Part shown: positions 1 to 10,177 of the stretch, in pieces
Position numbering within the stretch: the stretch's first letter is position 1
Layout of the letters: each line of letters starts with the position of its first letter
Notes under the pieces: model-generated
Told to the model about the DNA's origin: nothing
The model's database searches: none
What the model saw: the letters and a program-made list of their open reading frames with translations, nothing else
Made by a program: the position numbers and the translations under genes
Origin: Prolixibacteraceae bacterium
GTDB lineage: Bacteria > Bacteroidota > Bacteroidia > Bacteroidales > Prolixibacteraceae
DNA: 64,000 bases
Direction of reading: 5' to 3'
Assembly: GCA_031421065.1 (NCBI GenBank)
Contig: JANONW010000288.1
Span: forward strand, 2,993 to 66,992

Positions 1-1
1 G

Positions 2-310
2 CAATGGGAAGCCTATCAGAAAGAAGAAAATATCTTTCAGGACAAAGAAGTTCTAAATGCGCTGATTGGCATAATGGACATGCGTCAAACTGATTTTCTT
101 TCGGCCTCAACACAAATCATTATTGCTCCGGGACACTGTTTCAGGATGACCGATGGGATGATCACCAATTTTCACCAGCCGCAAAGTACGCTTCTGTTGC
201 TTATTTCAGCCTATCTGGGCAAAGAATGGCGCACCATATACGAACATGCCCTGGGAAACAATTACCGTTTCCTGAGTTACGGCGACAGCAATTTGTACCT
301 GAAAGCGTAA
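2..310 (+). CDS. queA: S-adenosylmethionine:tRNA ribosyltransferase-isomerase, 3' part (starts before the window)
   Basis: C-terminal QueA motifs ITNFHQPQSTLLLLISA and YRFLSYGDS; frame is open from position 2. Confidence 0.9.
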   Translation, partial: QWEAYQKEENIFQDKEVLNALIGIMDMRQTDFLSASTQIIIAPGHCFRMTDGMITNFHQPQSTLLLLISAYLGKEWRTIYEHALGNNYRFLSYGDSNLYLKA

Positions 311-365
311 ATTGTATATTGACAAAGATCAACCATCAGAATCGTCTTTATTCATTCATAAATAC

Positions 366-373
366 TAAATTTG
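366..373 (+). promoter_or_regulatory. Bacteroidota -7 promoter box (TAAATTTG) upstream of the uORF/hem operon
   Basis: Exact TAnnTTTG match; the ORF-track TTG start at 371 lies inside this box. Confidence 0.55.
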
Positions 374-424
374 TTGCCTTGTCAGGAAAATATTGACAAA
401 AGATTTAAACTAAACAAGCTGCCT

Positions 425-784
425 GTGTTTCTATTTGGAATATTATCGAGTCCGCTACCCTATCTGTTAATGGCCGTATTCTACTTCTTCGGCTTCGCTA
501 CAGGTATGTTCAAGGGTAATGCCGATAACGAGCCAGGCCAACAGGTTCAAGTAAAAAAAATTCAGGTTGAACCTCAAACGAAAACCTGTGGAATAGCCAA
601 ATCCACTTTTCAATTTCACGATTACAAGTTTCAGGAAAAATTTGATAATTACGCTGTTTCATCCGTTCGACCACCAGCAGTTTGCCAAAAAGAAAAGCTG
701 ATTTATTTCGTTCACGACATAATTGCCCATCATTCATTTACTTCCGAATACAATTTCTGCCGGCCACCGCCATCTTGCAGCTAA
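425..784 (+). CDS. Small membrane-anchored protein / candidate regulatory upstream ORF ending in RPPP; start uncertain (GTG 425 or ATG 470)
   Basis: Hydrophobic N-terminus (FLFGILSSPLPYLLMAVFYFFGFA), C-terminus EYNFCRPPPSCS*, 123 bp before hemA. Confidence 0.55.
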   Translation: MFLFGILSSPLPYLLMAVFYFFGFATGMFKGNADNEPGQQVQVKKIQVEPQTKTCGIAKSTFQFHDYKFQEKFDNYAVSSVRPPAVCQKEKLIYFVHDIIAHHSFTSEYNFCRPPPSCS

Positions 785-907
785 TACCCCGATTCAAGCA
801 TTTTTCCATAAAAAGAGCTGACATTCTGGAAACATAAACTCCTGAAGTCTGTTTTATGGTTTGCTATCAATGAATTTCACATTAGCTATTTAGATAAAGA
901 TAAAAAC

Positions 908-2161
908 ATGATTGGCCTGATAGGAATTAGCTATAAAACGACACCTCTCGAAGTCCGCGAAAAATTTTCATTCTCAAAAGAGGAAATTATTCCCTTTTCT
1001 GAAATGTTGCAACGGGAAACTGAAATCTCCGATTTGGTGCTGATTTCGACCTGCAACCGAACGGAAATATACTTTTCTCAGGATGTGCACGACAATCAAA
1101 CTGCATTTGAGTTGGTGTATGAAGTGATTAAAAAGTTCAAACAAGTCACCGACCATTGCTGGCATTACTTTTACCACCGGTCAAATACCGGAGCAGTGCG
1201 TCATTTGTTTGAGGTCAGTTCGGGTCTTGATTCGCTGGTAATTGGCGAAGATCAGATTATTGGTCAGGTGAAGGAAGCTTACATCAGGTGTACAGAAGCC
1301 GCGCTGACAGATGCAGTTTTGATGCGTCTTTTCCAGAAATCGTTTGAAGTGGGCAAACGTGTCCGCACCGAAACAGGCATCAAGCTTGGTATCACTTCAA
1401 TAAGTAGTGCTGCGGTCGAAATGTGTTCGTGCCTGCTCAACGGTGCAAACGATAAAAGTGTATTGCTGATTGGAGCCGGAGAAACCGGAAATTTGGCACT
1501 GCAAAACATAGTAAAAAAAGGTGTTGGCAAAGTTACTGTTACCAACCGGACCCACGAAAAGGCTGAAAAGTTAGCCGCCAAATACAATGGAGTAACAGTT
1601 CCATTCGATCATTTTGAAGATTATCTGCATGAAAGTGATATCATCATGATCGCCACTTCAGCGCCCAAACCACTGATAATCAAAGAAATGGTAATGAAGT
1701 CCCTGAAGTTGAGATGCAATAAAGCCCAGGTTTATGTTGATTTATCGGTTCCCCGAAACATTGACAAAGAAGTGGCAGGACTGGAAAACATCAGCGTTCT
1801 TGGTGTTGACGATCTTCAGAAAATAGTTAGTCAAACCTCCGAAAAGAAAAAAGAAAGTGCGGCCAAAGCACAAATAATAATCGATGAAGTTGTGGCAGAT
1901 TATACAGAATGGCTGGCAAGCCGCTCGTTGCGCCCGGCAATTAATACTATAACCACAAACCTTCAGGCCATTAACCTCGAAGAATTATCAACCTATCGAA
2001 AGTTAAGCACTCCAGAAATGCAGGAAATTGTGGATGATTATGCCAAACACCTTACCCATCGATACACCCGTTTGCTGATTAAAAACCTGAAAGATTTAAC
2101 GGATAACGGAAAAAACATCGATTCGTTAAAAACCATCAATGATTTATTTAAATTCGTCTAA
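908..2161 (+). CDS. hemA: Glutamyl-tRNA reductase
   Basis: STCNRTEIY catalytic motif, GEDQIIGQVK, GAGETG nucleotide-binding motif, DLSVPRNI. Confidence 0.97.
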   Translation: MIGLIGISYKTTPLEVREKFSFSKEEIIPFSEMLQRETEISDLVLISTCNRTEIYFSQDVHDNQTAFELVYEVIKKFKQVTDHCWHYFYHRSNTGAVRHLFEVSSGLDSLVIGEDQIIGQVKEAYIRCTEAALTDAVLMRLFQKSFEVGKRVRTETGIKLGITSISSAAVEMCSCLLNGANDKSVLLIGAGETGNLALQNIVKKGVGKVTVTNRTHEKAEKLAAKYNGVTVPFDHFEDYLHESDIIMIATSAPKPLIIKEMVMKSLKLRCNKAQVYVDLSVPRNIDKEVAGLENISVLGVDDLQKIVSQTSEKKKESAAKAQIIIDEVVADYTEWLASRSLRPAINTITTNLQAINLEELSTYRKLSTPEMQEIVDDYAKHLTHRYTRLLIKNLKDLTDNGKNIDSLKTINDLFKFV

Positions 2162-2207
2162 AATTTTCTGACAGCAAACCAATTTGGTTTACCCTTGACC
2201 GAACTCA

Positions 2208-3146
2208 ATGAAAAAAAACATAAGAATTGGAACTCGTGGCAGCCAACTGGCACTCTATCAGGCAAAAAAGGTAAAAGCCACGCTCGAAAATTTATTTCCT
2301 GAACTTCAGGTTGAACTGAAAATTATTAAAACAAAAGGCGACAAAATTCTTGATGTTGCGCTTTCAAAAATCGGCGACAAGGGTTTATTCACTAAAGAAA
2401 TTGAAAATGCGCTGCTTGATGGGTCGGTAGATTTGGCTGTTCACAGCCTTAAAGACCTTCCTACAACCTTGCCTGAAGGTTTAAAACTGGGTGCAGTACT
2501 TGAACGTGGTGAATTTCGCGATGCGTTGGTAAGTAAAGGTGGCAAAAAGCTGTCGGAACTTGGCGCGGGCGATGTAGTTGCCACTTCCAGTTTACGTCGC
2601 CAGGCCGGATTAATGAAAATGAACAATCAGATTATCATCAAAGATATCCGCGGAAACGTCAATTCGCGACTTCAAAAAATGGAAGACGGCCATTGTGATG
2701 CAATGATCATGGCAGCTGCCGGACTTCAACGTTTAGGACTTGAAAAATACATCACCGAAATAATAGATCCTGAAATGATTGTGCCAGCAGTCAGCCAGGG
2801 TGCAATTGCCATCGAAATTCGTTTAAACGATCCTGAAGTTGAGCTTTTGATGGAAAAAATCAATCACATTGAAACATGGAATGCCATTACTGCCGAACGT
2901 GCTTTTCTGGCACATTTGCAGGGAGGCTGTCAGGTTCCGCTTGGTTGTTTTTCGAAGGTTGAAAACGGCATATTAACAATGACGGGATTTGTTGCATCAG
3001 TTGACGGAAGCCAGTTTATCAACGAAACCATTTCGGGGGAAATAAGCAAAGGCGCCGAACTCGGAGTTCAAATGGCAGAAAAAATGCTCGGAAAAGGAGC
3101 GCTCGAAATTTTGAACCAAATAAAATCAATCAAACCTACAAATTAA
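2208..3146 (+). CDS. hemC: Hydroxymethylbilane synthase (porphobilinogen deaminase)
   Basis: IGTRGSQLAL, GLFTKEIE, VHSLKDLPT, LQGGCQVP. Confidence 0.97.
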   Translation: MKKNIRIGTRGSQLALYQAKKVKATLENLFPELQVELKIIKTKGDKILDVALSKIGDKGLFTKEIENALLDGSVDLAVHSLKDLPTTLPEGLKLGAVLERGEFRDALVSKGGKKLSELGAGDVVATSSLRRQAGLMKMNNQIIIKDIRGNVNSRLQKMEDGHCDAMIMAAAGLQRLGLEKYITEIIDPEMIVPAVSQGAIAIEIRLNDPEVELLMEKINHIETWNAITAERAFLAHLQGGCQVPLGCFSKVENGILTMTGFVASVDGSQFINETISGEISKGAELGVQMAEKMLGKGALEILNQIKSIKPTN

Positions 3147-3151
3147 ACAAA

Positions 3152-3937
3152 ATGAGCAAATTACTTGAAGATAAGGTGTTCATTTCTACCCGCCCGGCTG
3201 GTCAGTCAGCCGAACTGGAAAGCCTTTTATCGGAAGAATCAGCCAACCTGATTTCAATGCCGACCATTGAAATCCGACCACTTCCTCTCGATGAACCATC
3301 ATGGTTGCAACTAAAAAATCTCGACTCGTTTAACTGGATTGTATTTACGAGCCCGAATGGCCTAAAGTTTTTCTTTGCACGCCTGTTCGACCTTCAGAAC
3401 AATTATGGACTTCCGGAACATCTGAAAATTGCGGTAGTTGGCAAAAAAACAGCCGCACACCTTGAATGTTACGGCACATCAGCAGAATTTATCAATCTGG
3501 GAAATACAGCCGAAGATTTTTCTGCCGATTTTTACCATCGTGTAAGCCCTGGCGAACGGGTCCTTTTCCCAATTGGCAACCTTGCACGGTCGGTGATCGA
3601 AGATAAAATCTCAAAAAAAGCCATCTGTACAAGGGTGCTGTTTTATGAAACAGTAATTCCGTCCACCATAAATGAAGGCACACTGCAACTTATTCTGAGT
3701 GATCAGTACGATATGATTATACTCACAAGTCCTTCCGGATGCAGCAATTTACTAAAACTGGTTTCAGAAAAAATGAACACAACAAAACTACGCTTGGTTT
3801 GCATAGGACAAACTACTTCAGCAGAGGTTATCCGAAGTGGGCTCGAACCGCTTATTACAGCAGGCATGGCAAATTCACAAGGAATTTCGTCGGCCATTAT
3901 CAATTATTTTCAGAAGAAACAACTTATAACCAATTAA
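3152..3937 (+). CDS. hemD: Uroporphyrinogen-III synthase
   Basis: STRP, WIVFTSPNG, VVGKKTA, LTSPSG, CIGQTT; position between hemC and hemB. Confidence 0.9.
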   Translation: MSKLLEDKVFISTRPAGQSAELESLLSEESANLISMPTIEIRPLPLDEPSWLQLKNLDSFNWIVFTSPNGLKFFFARLFDLQNNYGLPEHLKIAVVGKKTAAHLECYGTSAEFINLGNTAEDFSADFYHRVSPGERVLFPIGNLARSVIEDKISKKAICTRVLFYETVIPSTINEGTLQLILSDQYDMIILTSPSGCSNLLKLVSEKMNTTKLRLVCIGQTTSAEVIRSGLEPLITAGMANSQGISSAIINYFQKKQLITN

Positions 3938-3939
3938 TT

Positions 3940-4908
3940 ATGTCTTTCCCAACAACACGACTCAGGAGATTAAGACAAACCCCTGTTTTACGCAATTTAG
4001 TACGCGAAACCATTTTAACCCGTGACGATCTGGTCATGCCGCTATTCGTTTGTCCGGGAACTGGTGTAAACAATCCAATATCATCTATGCCCGGCAATTC
4101 ACAATTATCGGTCGATTTACTGGTTGAAGAATGCCGCCGCCTTTATGGATTAGGAGTTCAGGCAGTCCTTCTTTTCGGTATTCCTGAACACAAAGACGAA
4201 CATGGCTTAGTGGCCTGCGAGCATAACGGAATTGTACAGCAGGCAGTACGCGCCTTAAAAAAAGCATTGCCCGATTTATATGTGATTGCCGACATCTGCA
4301 ATTGTGAATATACTGTTCATGGTCATTGCGGAACCATTGTTGACGGTGACGTTCACAACGACCTCACCCTGGTTACATTGGCCAGACAATCGGTTTCACT
4401 TGCACAGGAAGGCGTTGACATGGTCGCACCAAGCGATATGATGGACGGACGCGTGGGTGTCATCCGCAAAGCTCTCGACGAATACGGTTTTTACAATCTG
4501 CCCATCATGGCCTATTCGGCCAAATATGCCTCCGGATTTTATGGACCTTTCCGCGAAGCAGCCGAAAGCGCGCCAAAATTCGGGAACCGTTCTTCCTACC
4601 AGATGGATCCGGCCAATGGAAACGAGGCCTTGCGCGAAGTGGCCCTTGACATTGAAGAAGGTGCAGATATTGTCATGGTGAAACCTGCGCTTAGCTATCT
4701 GGATATTATTCAGCGGGTAAAAACCAATTTTAACATCCCGATTGCCGCTTACAATGTGAGCGGAGAATATTCGATGGTGAAAGCTGCAGCGGCCAATGGC
4801 TGGATAGACGAAAAAAGGATGGTTCGCGAAATCCTTACCTCAATCAAACGGGCTGGTTCCGATATCATTTTATCCTACCACACTCAGGATATCATCAAAG
4901 AACTGTAA
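3940..4908 (+). CDS. hemB: Porphobilinogen synthase (ALA dehydratase), Zn-type; start moved to ATG 3940
   Basis: [20 protein letters not shown] Zn-binding cysteines, [15 protein letters not shown]; the longer ORF from 3739 overlaps hemD. Confidence 0.96.
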   Translation: MSFPTTRLRRLRQTPVLRNLVRETILTRDDLVMPLFVCPGTGVNNPISSMPGNSQLSVDLLVEECRRLYGLGVQAVLLFGIPEHKDEHGLVACEHNGIVQQAVRALKKALPDLYVIADICNCEYTVHGHCGTIVDGDVHNDLTLVTLARQSVSLAQEGVDMVAPSDMMDGRVGVIRKALDEYGFYNLPIMAYSAKYASGFYGPFREAAESAPKFGNRSSYQMDPANGNEALREVALDIEEGADIVMVKPALSYLDIIQRVKTNFNIPIAAYNVSGEYSMVKAAAANGWIDEKRMVREILTSIKRAGSDIILSYHTQDIIKEL

Positions 4909-4909
4909 C

Positions 4910-6208
4910 ATGAAACAATATACCCAAAGCATCGCTGCATTTCAGGAAGCACAAAAACATATTCCGGGTGGTGTAAACTCACCGGTCAGGTCATTTAAAA
5001 GTGTTGGCAGTGATCCCCTGTTTATTGCCAGTGCCAACGGAGCCAAAGTTTTCGACATCGACGGCCACGAATACATCGATTATGTGGGTTCGTGGGGCCC
5101 GATGATTTTGGGACACGCCCATCCCGACGTAATAATGGCTATTCAGAAAACAGCATCCAAAGGAACCAGTTTTGGTGCCCCTACCCTTTTTGAAACCGAA
5201 ATGGCCGTGCAAATAAAGAAGATGGTTCCATCCATAGAAAGTGTTCGCATGGTTAACTCCGGAACAGAGGCTACCATGAGCGCACTACGTTTGGCCCGCG
5301 GTTTTACAGGCCGTGAAATGGTCATAAAATTCGAAGGTTGTTACCACGGCCATAACGACAGTTTTCTGATCAAAGCCGGATCGGGCGCACTGACCTTTGG
5401 AACGCCTAATTCTCCGGGAGTTACCTCAGGAACTGCAAAAGATACGCTTACCGCCCATTTCAATGATCTCGATTCAGTCAAAGAATTATTTAATCGCTAC
5501 ACAGAGCAAATTGCTGCCGTTATTATTGAACCGGTAACCGGCAATATGGGTGTGGTAATTCCTGAACCAGAATTCATGCAGGGAGTCAGAGATCTTTGCA
5601 CCAAATACGGAACCGTTTTGATTTTCGATGAAGTAATGACCGGATTCCGCCTTTCAAAAGGAGGTGCACAACAAATTCTTGGCATCACTCCCGACCTGAC
5701 TTGCTTCGGGAAGATTATTGGTGGTGGGTTACCTGTTGGAGCTTATGGCGGCAAACAGGAAATAATGGACAAACTGGCTCCAAAAGGCCCTGTTTATCAG
5801 GCTGGAACGCTCTCCGGAAATCCACTTGCCATGTCTGCCGGACTTACTACCCTGAAAATTCTGGACGAAACCGATGGTTTTTACGACATGCTCGAAGAAA
5901 AATCGGCACGTCTGGGCAACGGAATTAAAAAATGTTTGGAAGACTTGAATTTTCCGGGTGTTGTTAACCGCGTGGGTTCCATGTTCACTCTATTTTTTAC
6001 TGGAGAAGCAAAAGTGAATTCATTTGCCGATGCTTGTCGTTGCAATACCGCCACCTACGCCAAATTTTTCAAAATGTCATTGGAAAGCGGTGTTTATCTT
6101 GCTCCATCGCAGTTCGAAGCCGGATTTATGTCGGCGGCACACACCTCGAAAAAGATTGACAAAACAATTGAAGCGACTTATGAGGCCTTGAAGGTTTTGA
6201 AAGGGTAA
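4910..6208 (+). CDS. hemL: Glutamate-1-semialdehyde 2,1-aminomutase
   Basis: [43 protein letters not shown] (PLP lysine). Confidence 0.97.
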   Translation: MKQYTQSIAAFQEAQKHIPGGVNSPVRSFKSVGSDPLFIASANGAKVFDIDGHEYIDYVGSWGPMILGHAHPDVIMAIQKTASKGTSFGAPTLFETEMAVQIKKMVPSIESVRMVNSGTEATMSALRLARGFTGREMVIKFEGCYHGHNDSFLIKAGSGALTFGTPNSPGVTSGTAKDTLTAHFNDLDSVKELFNRYTEQIAAVIIEPVTGNMGVVIPEPEFMQGVRDLCTKYGTVLIFDEVMTGFRLSKGGAQQILGITPDLTCFGKIIGGGLPVGAYGGKQEIMDKLAPKGPVYQAGTLSGNPLAMSAGLTTLKILDETDGFYDMLEEKSARLGNGIKKCLEDLNFPGVVNRVGSMFTLFFTGEAKVNSFADACRCNTATYAKFFKMSLESGVYLAPSQFEAGFMSAAHTSKKIDKTIEATYEALKVLKG

Positions 6209-6217
6209 TAGTACCGG

Positions 6218-6247
6218 ACTCCCCTCCCCAAAATAGGGAAGGGAATT
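6218..6247. repeat. Degenerate C/G-run REP-like hairpin after hemL
   Basis: actcccctccccaaaatagggaagggaatt; similar in character to the palindromes at 14570, 39079 and 42427. Confidence 0.45.
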
Positions 6248-6347
6248 TTGGTAATGAAATTTCTGAAGATTTATACATCAAAGTACTCTTTTACCGTTTT
6301 CACACAATCAATTGATATTCAACAACAATTAAACCAAAAAGCATTTC

Positions 6348-6363
6348 TGGCAGTATTTTTGAA
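6348..6363 (+). promoter_or_regulatory. Sigma-54-like -24/-12 promoter
   Basis: TGGCAGTATTTTTGAA has GG-N10-GA spacing, 68 bp upstream of the ATG at 6432. Confidence 0.5.
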
Positions 6364-6431
6364 GTAGAGCTTGTGCTGAAAAAATTGAAAACGAATTTCA
6401 GCAAAACAGGAAACAATTAAAACTTACGATC

Positions 6432-7733
6432 ATGAAAACAAAAATTGGGATCTTAGTTTTGGCTTTAAGCACAAGCTTCTTCAGTTTGCAGGCACAACGC
6501 ACAGTAACTACAGCTCGTGCAGCAAGTTACGACATAAGCGACAACCTCGACTTGGATGCAGTAGCTTCCATTTTCGGCGATTCAGAAAATCTGGAAGACT
6601 TTGAACGCAGGCTGAACGATCCGGATAACCGGATTTCAAACCTCGACCTGAACGAAGATGGATATATCGACTACCTGCGGGTACTCGAAAATTCATCCGA
6701 CCGCAATTCGCTGGTCGTTGTTCAGGCAGTTCTGGATGAAGCTGTTTATCAGGACGTTGCAACCATTGAAATTGAAAGGGTACAGAACGGAAATCCGCGT
6801 GTACAAATTGTTGGCGACTCTTATATCTATGGTTCAAATTATATCATCGAACCAATGTATGTTCGCACACCGTTGATTTTCTCTTTTTTCTGGAGCCCAC
6901 GATACATTACCTACCATTCGCCATACTATTGGGACTATTATCCAAGTTGGTACAGTTATTACAGGCCTTATTCTCCGTTTAGATATCAAAGGCATGTACA
7001 TGTTCATGTTAACAGGTATAATACATACCATCGTTCAACTACCCGTAATATTTATTTTTCAGGAGACAATTACAATCGCATCCGGAGAAGCGATTACGCA
7101 TCGAGGTATCCTAACCGTACTTTTGAGGGCCGGAATGCAGGTGTAAAAAATCGATATGAACTGGACCAAAGAAGGCCAAACAACCAGGCGAATCGTCAGC
7201 GAGGCAATGATGTGCAGCGGTCAAATAACCGTCAGTATCAGGACAACAGCAAGACAAATTCAGGAAGGAACGAAAGACAAAGGAATGTAATTGAAAACAG
7301 ACGCCCGGGATCGAATGTACAGCCGGAGACCAATCAAACACGGACAAGAGATAACAGCAATGTTAATTCGGCCCAAAAAAGGTCAGGTTCTGCTAATGGT
7401 CCAGTGCAGATGAAGTCAGGCAGCAAAAATGAAGGCAGTTCTGTTTCGAGGAGTCAATCTGCACCAACACAGAACAGATCTGCAAATCAGGTTCAATCGG
7501 CTAAAAGATCTACTGATTCGCGAAGCCAATCAGTTTCAAAACCAACGCCAAACAGATCGCAAAATCAGGTTGGATCACCTCAAAGAAGTTCTGCTCCGAG
7601 AGAAAAATCAGGTTCTGTATCCAGTCAGAGCAGGTCAAACACACAAGTAAAACAAGCTCCGCAAAGTAACAGGAAATCTGAATCACCAAGAAGTGAGGAT
7701 AAAAAAGAAACCGATAACAGCAGAAGAAGATAA
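6432..7733 (+). CDS. Secreted hypothetical protein with a Dx[DN]xDG Ca-binding-like loop, Tyr/Trp/Pro-rich linker and long R/N/S/Q disordered tail
   Basis: Signal peptide MKTKIGILVLALSTSFFSLQA; DLNEDGYIDY; low-complexity C-terminal ~220 aa. Confidence 0.8.
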   Translation: MKTKIGILVLALSTSFFSLQAQRTVTTARAASYDISDNLDLDAVASIFGDSENLEDFERRLNDPDNRISNLDLNEDGYIDYLRVLENSSDRNSLVVVQAVLDEAVYQDVATIEIERVQNGNPRVQIVGDSYIYGSNYIIEPMYVRTPLIFSFFWSPRYITYHSPYYWDYYPSWYSYYRPYSPFRYQRHVHVHVNRYNTYHRSTTRNIYFSGDNYNRIRRSDYASRYPNRTFEGRNAGVKNRYELDQRRPNNQANRQRGNDVQRSNNRQYQDNSKTNSGRNERQRNVIENRRPGSNVQPETNQTRTRDNSNVNSAQKRSGSANGPVQMKSGSKNEGSSVSRSQSAPTQNRSANQVQSAKRSTDSRSQSVSKPTPNRSQNQVGSPQRSSAPREKSGSVSSQSRSNTQVKQAPQSNRKSESPRSEDKKETDNSRRR

Positions 7734-7760
7734 TAATTCTAAAATTTAAAACTAAATATC

Positions 7761-8795
7761 TTGACTACAAATTCTATTCTACTAAAAACACTCCGTGGAG
7801 AGCGAACCGAACGGCCACCTGTTTGGTTTATGCGTCAGGCTGGCAGAGTGTTGCCTTCATATATGAAGATCAAAGAGAACTACACGTTCTGGCAAATGAT
7901 GCAGAATCCGGAAGTAGCGTCCAAAGTGACACTACTTCCGATTGATGATTTGGGTGTTGATGCCGGAATTTTATTCTCCGACATTTTGGTTATCCCACAT
8001 GCCTTGGGCATGGGACTGGAATTCAACGATAGTGGTCCGGTTTTCGATCAACCACTGGCATTTCGGGAAAATCCGTTGGCCGGACTTAAAGCTGATCCAT
8101 CCAAACTGAATTACATCTATTCGGCAATTGACCAAATCGTCCGCACAAAAAAAGAAGAAACTCCACTGATTGGCTTTTGCGGAGCACCTCTCACTGTTTT
8201 GCTGTTTATGCTTCAAGGATTGGGTCGAAAGGGTGATTTTCCGGATGCCATTAAATTCATCTATCAAAATAAAGAAACAACCCGTCAATTAATTGATGTA
8301 GTGACCGAACTTTCAATTGTTTATGCACAAGGACAAATTGAACACGGAGTCGATGTTTTTCAATTATTTGACACTCATGCCGGATTGATTCCGGCAGACT
8401 TATATCAGGATATGTTTATGCCCTCGATCCGGAAAATCGGAGATGCCGTGCGCGAAAAAGGAATTCCGTTTATTTTCTTTCCAAAAGGACTGGGAACAGG
8501 GATTGCTGTTATTTCGCCCGATGATTGCGACTTTTTAAGCATCGACTGGCAAACTTCGCTTGATACAGCCAGAAAACTCGTTCACCCGAAAATAGGTTTA
8601 CAGGGAAATGTTGATCCACGATTGTTGTACGCCAGTCAGCCAGAAATTGAAAAGGCGCTGCAACCTTATATCGAATTCGGCAAAAACAATCAAAACTGGA
8701 TTTTCAATCTCGGCCACGGTTTCATGCCCGGCATTTCGGTCGAAAACGCCCGTTTTCTTGCCGATTGGGTGAAACGAACAGACTGGAAACGATAA
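7761..8795 (+). CDS. hemE: Uroporphyrinogen decarboxylase (TTG start)
   Basis: PVWFMRQAGR, ILFSDIL, LIGFCGAP, LQGNVDP, IFNLGHG. Confidence 0.95.
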   Translation: MTTNSILLKTLRGERTERPPVWFMRQAGRVLPSYMKIKENYTFWQMMQNPEVASKVTLLPIDDLGVDAGILFSDILVIPHALGMGLEFNDSGPVFDQPLAFRENPLAGLKADPSKLNYIYSAIDQIVRTKKEETPLIGFCGAPLTVLLFMLQGLGRKGDFPDAIKFIYQNKETTRQLIDVVTELSIVYAQGQIEHGVDVFQLFDTHAGLIPADLYQDMFMPSIRKIGDAVREKGIPFIFFPKGLGTGIAVISPDDCDFLSIDWQTSLDTARKLVHPKIGLQGNVDPRLLYASQPEIEKALQPYIEFGKNNQNWIFNLGHGFMPGISVENARFLADWVKRTDWKR

Positions 8796-8798
8796 GCT

Positions 8799-10175
8799 AT
8801 GATTAACCGCGAATTACTCGAAAAATACAACCATCCGGTTCCACGATACACCAGTTATCCACCAGCTAATTTCTTTACTGACGAATTTGGTCCGGCAAAA
8901 TATCTGGAAGCTGTCGATCAGTCGAATGGATGGAAACCTCAAAATATTTCCATTTACATTCATATTCCTTTCTGCCTGAAAATGTGCTATTTCTGCGGAT
9001 GTAATTCGTATGCGTTGCGGCAGGCCGATGTGGTGGATGCCTACCATAAAGCCCTCATTCAGGAAATAAAAATGGTGACATCGAGGCTGGATAAAAACCG
9101 AAGAGTTTCGCAGATTCATTACGGTGGAGGTACGCCAAACGCTATTCCTGTTGAATACCTTCAGGAAATCAATGAACTGCTGTTTTCAACGTTCAAATTT
9201 ATTCCTGATCCTGAAATTGCCATCGAGGTCAATCCAGCTTATCTTACGTTCGAGCAAATGACCGGACTAAAAAAGGCCGGATTCAACCGTTTCAGCCTCG
9301 GAATTCAGGATTTTGACACTGAAGTTTTGGATGCTGTGAACCGCGATAAACCCGGGATGCCGGTTCAGGAGTTAATGGCATTTTTAAAACAGGATTCGCC
9401 AGAAATTGCTGTAAACCTTGATTTTATATACGGTTTGCCCAAACAAACAGCCGTTAATTTTGCTGAAACAATTCAGAAAGCGATAGAACTGAAACCCGAT
9501 CGGCTGGTCACTTTTTCGTATGCCCATGTGCCATGGGTAAGCAAAATTCAGAAAAAACTAGAGAACGCAGGACTTCCTGCCAGCAACGAAAAAATCAAAA
9601 TGTTCGAAGCTGCATTTTCACTTCTTACACAAAACGGCTACGAAGCAATCGGAATGGATCATTATGCAAACGCCAACGACGAACTCACCATTGCCCGAAA
9701 AAACAAACAACTGCACCGCAACTTTCAGGGATATTGCACCCGCCGCACCACGGGTCAGGTATATGCTTTTGGTGTTACCGGAATCAGCCAGCTGAGTGGG
9801 GTTTATGCTCAAAACACCAAATCAATCGATCAATATATCGCCAAAATCAACCAAGGTGAATTAACTACCATCAAAGGATATGCGCTCACCGATCAACAAG
9901 TGATTGTGCGCGAAGTCATCAACGAATTGATGTGTAACGAGCAAATTGTCTGGGCCGAAATCGGAGACCGTCTCGGGTTCACTTCCGGCGAAATAAAAAG
10001 ACAGACTACTTACAATCCTGGATTGCTTCATCAATTTGAAACTGACGGACTCATCAGCCTTTATGAAGAAAAAATACGGATTACCCCTGATGGTCAATTG
10101 TTTATCCGTAATGTAGCGGCTTCATTCGATCCGTTGACACAGGCCGGGCAAACCAATTTTTCAAAACCAGTATAA
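8799..10175 (+). CDS. hemN: Oxygen-independent coproporphyrinogen III dehydrogenase (radical SAM)
   Basis: PRYTSYP, HIPFCLKMCYFCGC (CxxxCxxC), GGGTPN, HRNFQGY typical of true HemN. Confidence 0.95.
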   Translation: MINRELLEKYNHPVPRYTSYPPANFFTDEFGPAKYLEAVDQSNGWKPQNISIYIHIPFCLKMCYFCGCNSYALRQADVVDAYHKALIQEIKMVTSRLDKNRRVSQIHYGGGTPNAIPVEYLQEINELLFSTFKFIPDPEIAIEVNPAYLTFEQMTGLKKAGFNRFSLGIQDFDTEVLDAVNRDKPGMPVQELMAFLKQDSPEIAVNLDFIYGLPKQTAVNFAETIQKAIELKPDRLVTFSYAHVPWVSKIQKKLENAGLPASNEKIKMFEAAFSLLTQNGYEAIGMDHYANANDELTIARKNKQLHRNFQGYCTRRTTGQVYAFGVTGISQLSGVYAQNTKSIDQYIAKINQGELTTIKGYALTDQQVIVREVINELMCNEQIVWAEIGDRLGFTSGEIKRQTTYNPGLLHQFETDGLISLYEEKIRITPDGQLFIRNVAASFDPLTQAGQTNFSKPV

Positions 10176-10177
10176 CC

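Noticed and set aside
371-424. ORF-track TTG start at 371
   Set aside because: The TTG is part of the TAAATTTG -7 promoter box, so it would not be in the transcript; a downstream start is more plausible.
3739-3939. 67-aa N-terminal extension of HemB
   Set aside because: Overlaps hemD by about 200 bp and has no HemB character; ATG 3940 follows the hemD stop by 2 bp.
7140-7733. Repetitive-looking DNA as a possible CRISPR or tandem array
   Set aside because: No constant-length direct repeats with spacers; it is the low-complexity coding tail of the 6432-7733 protein.
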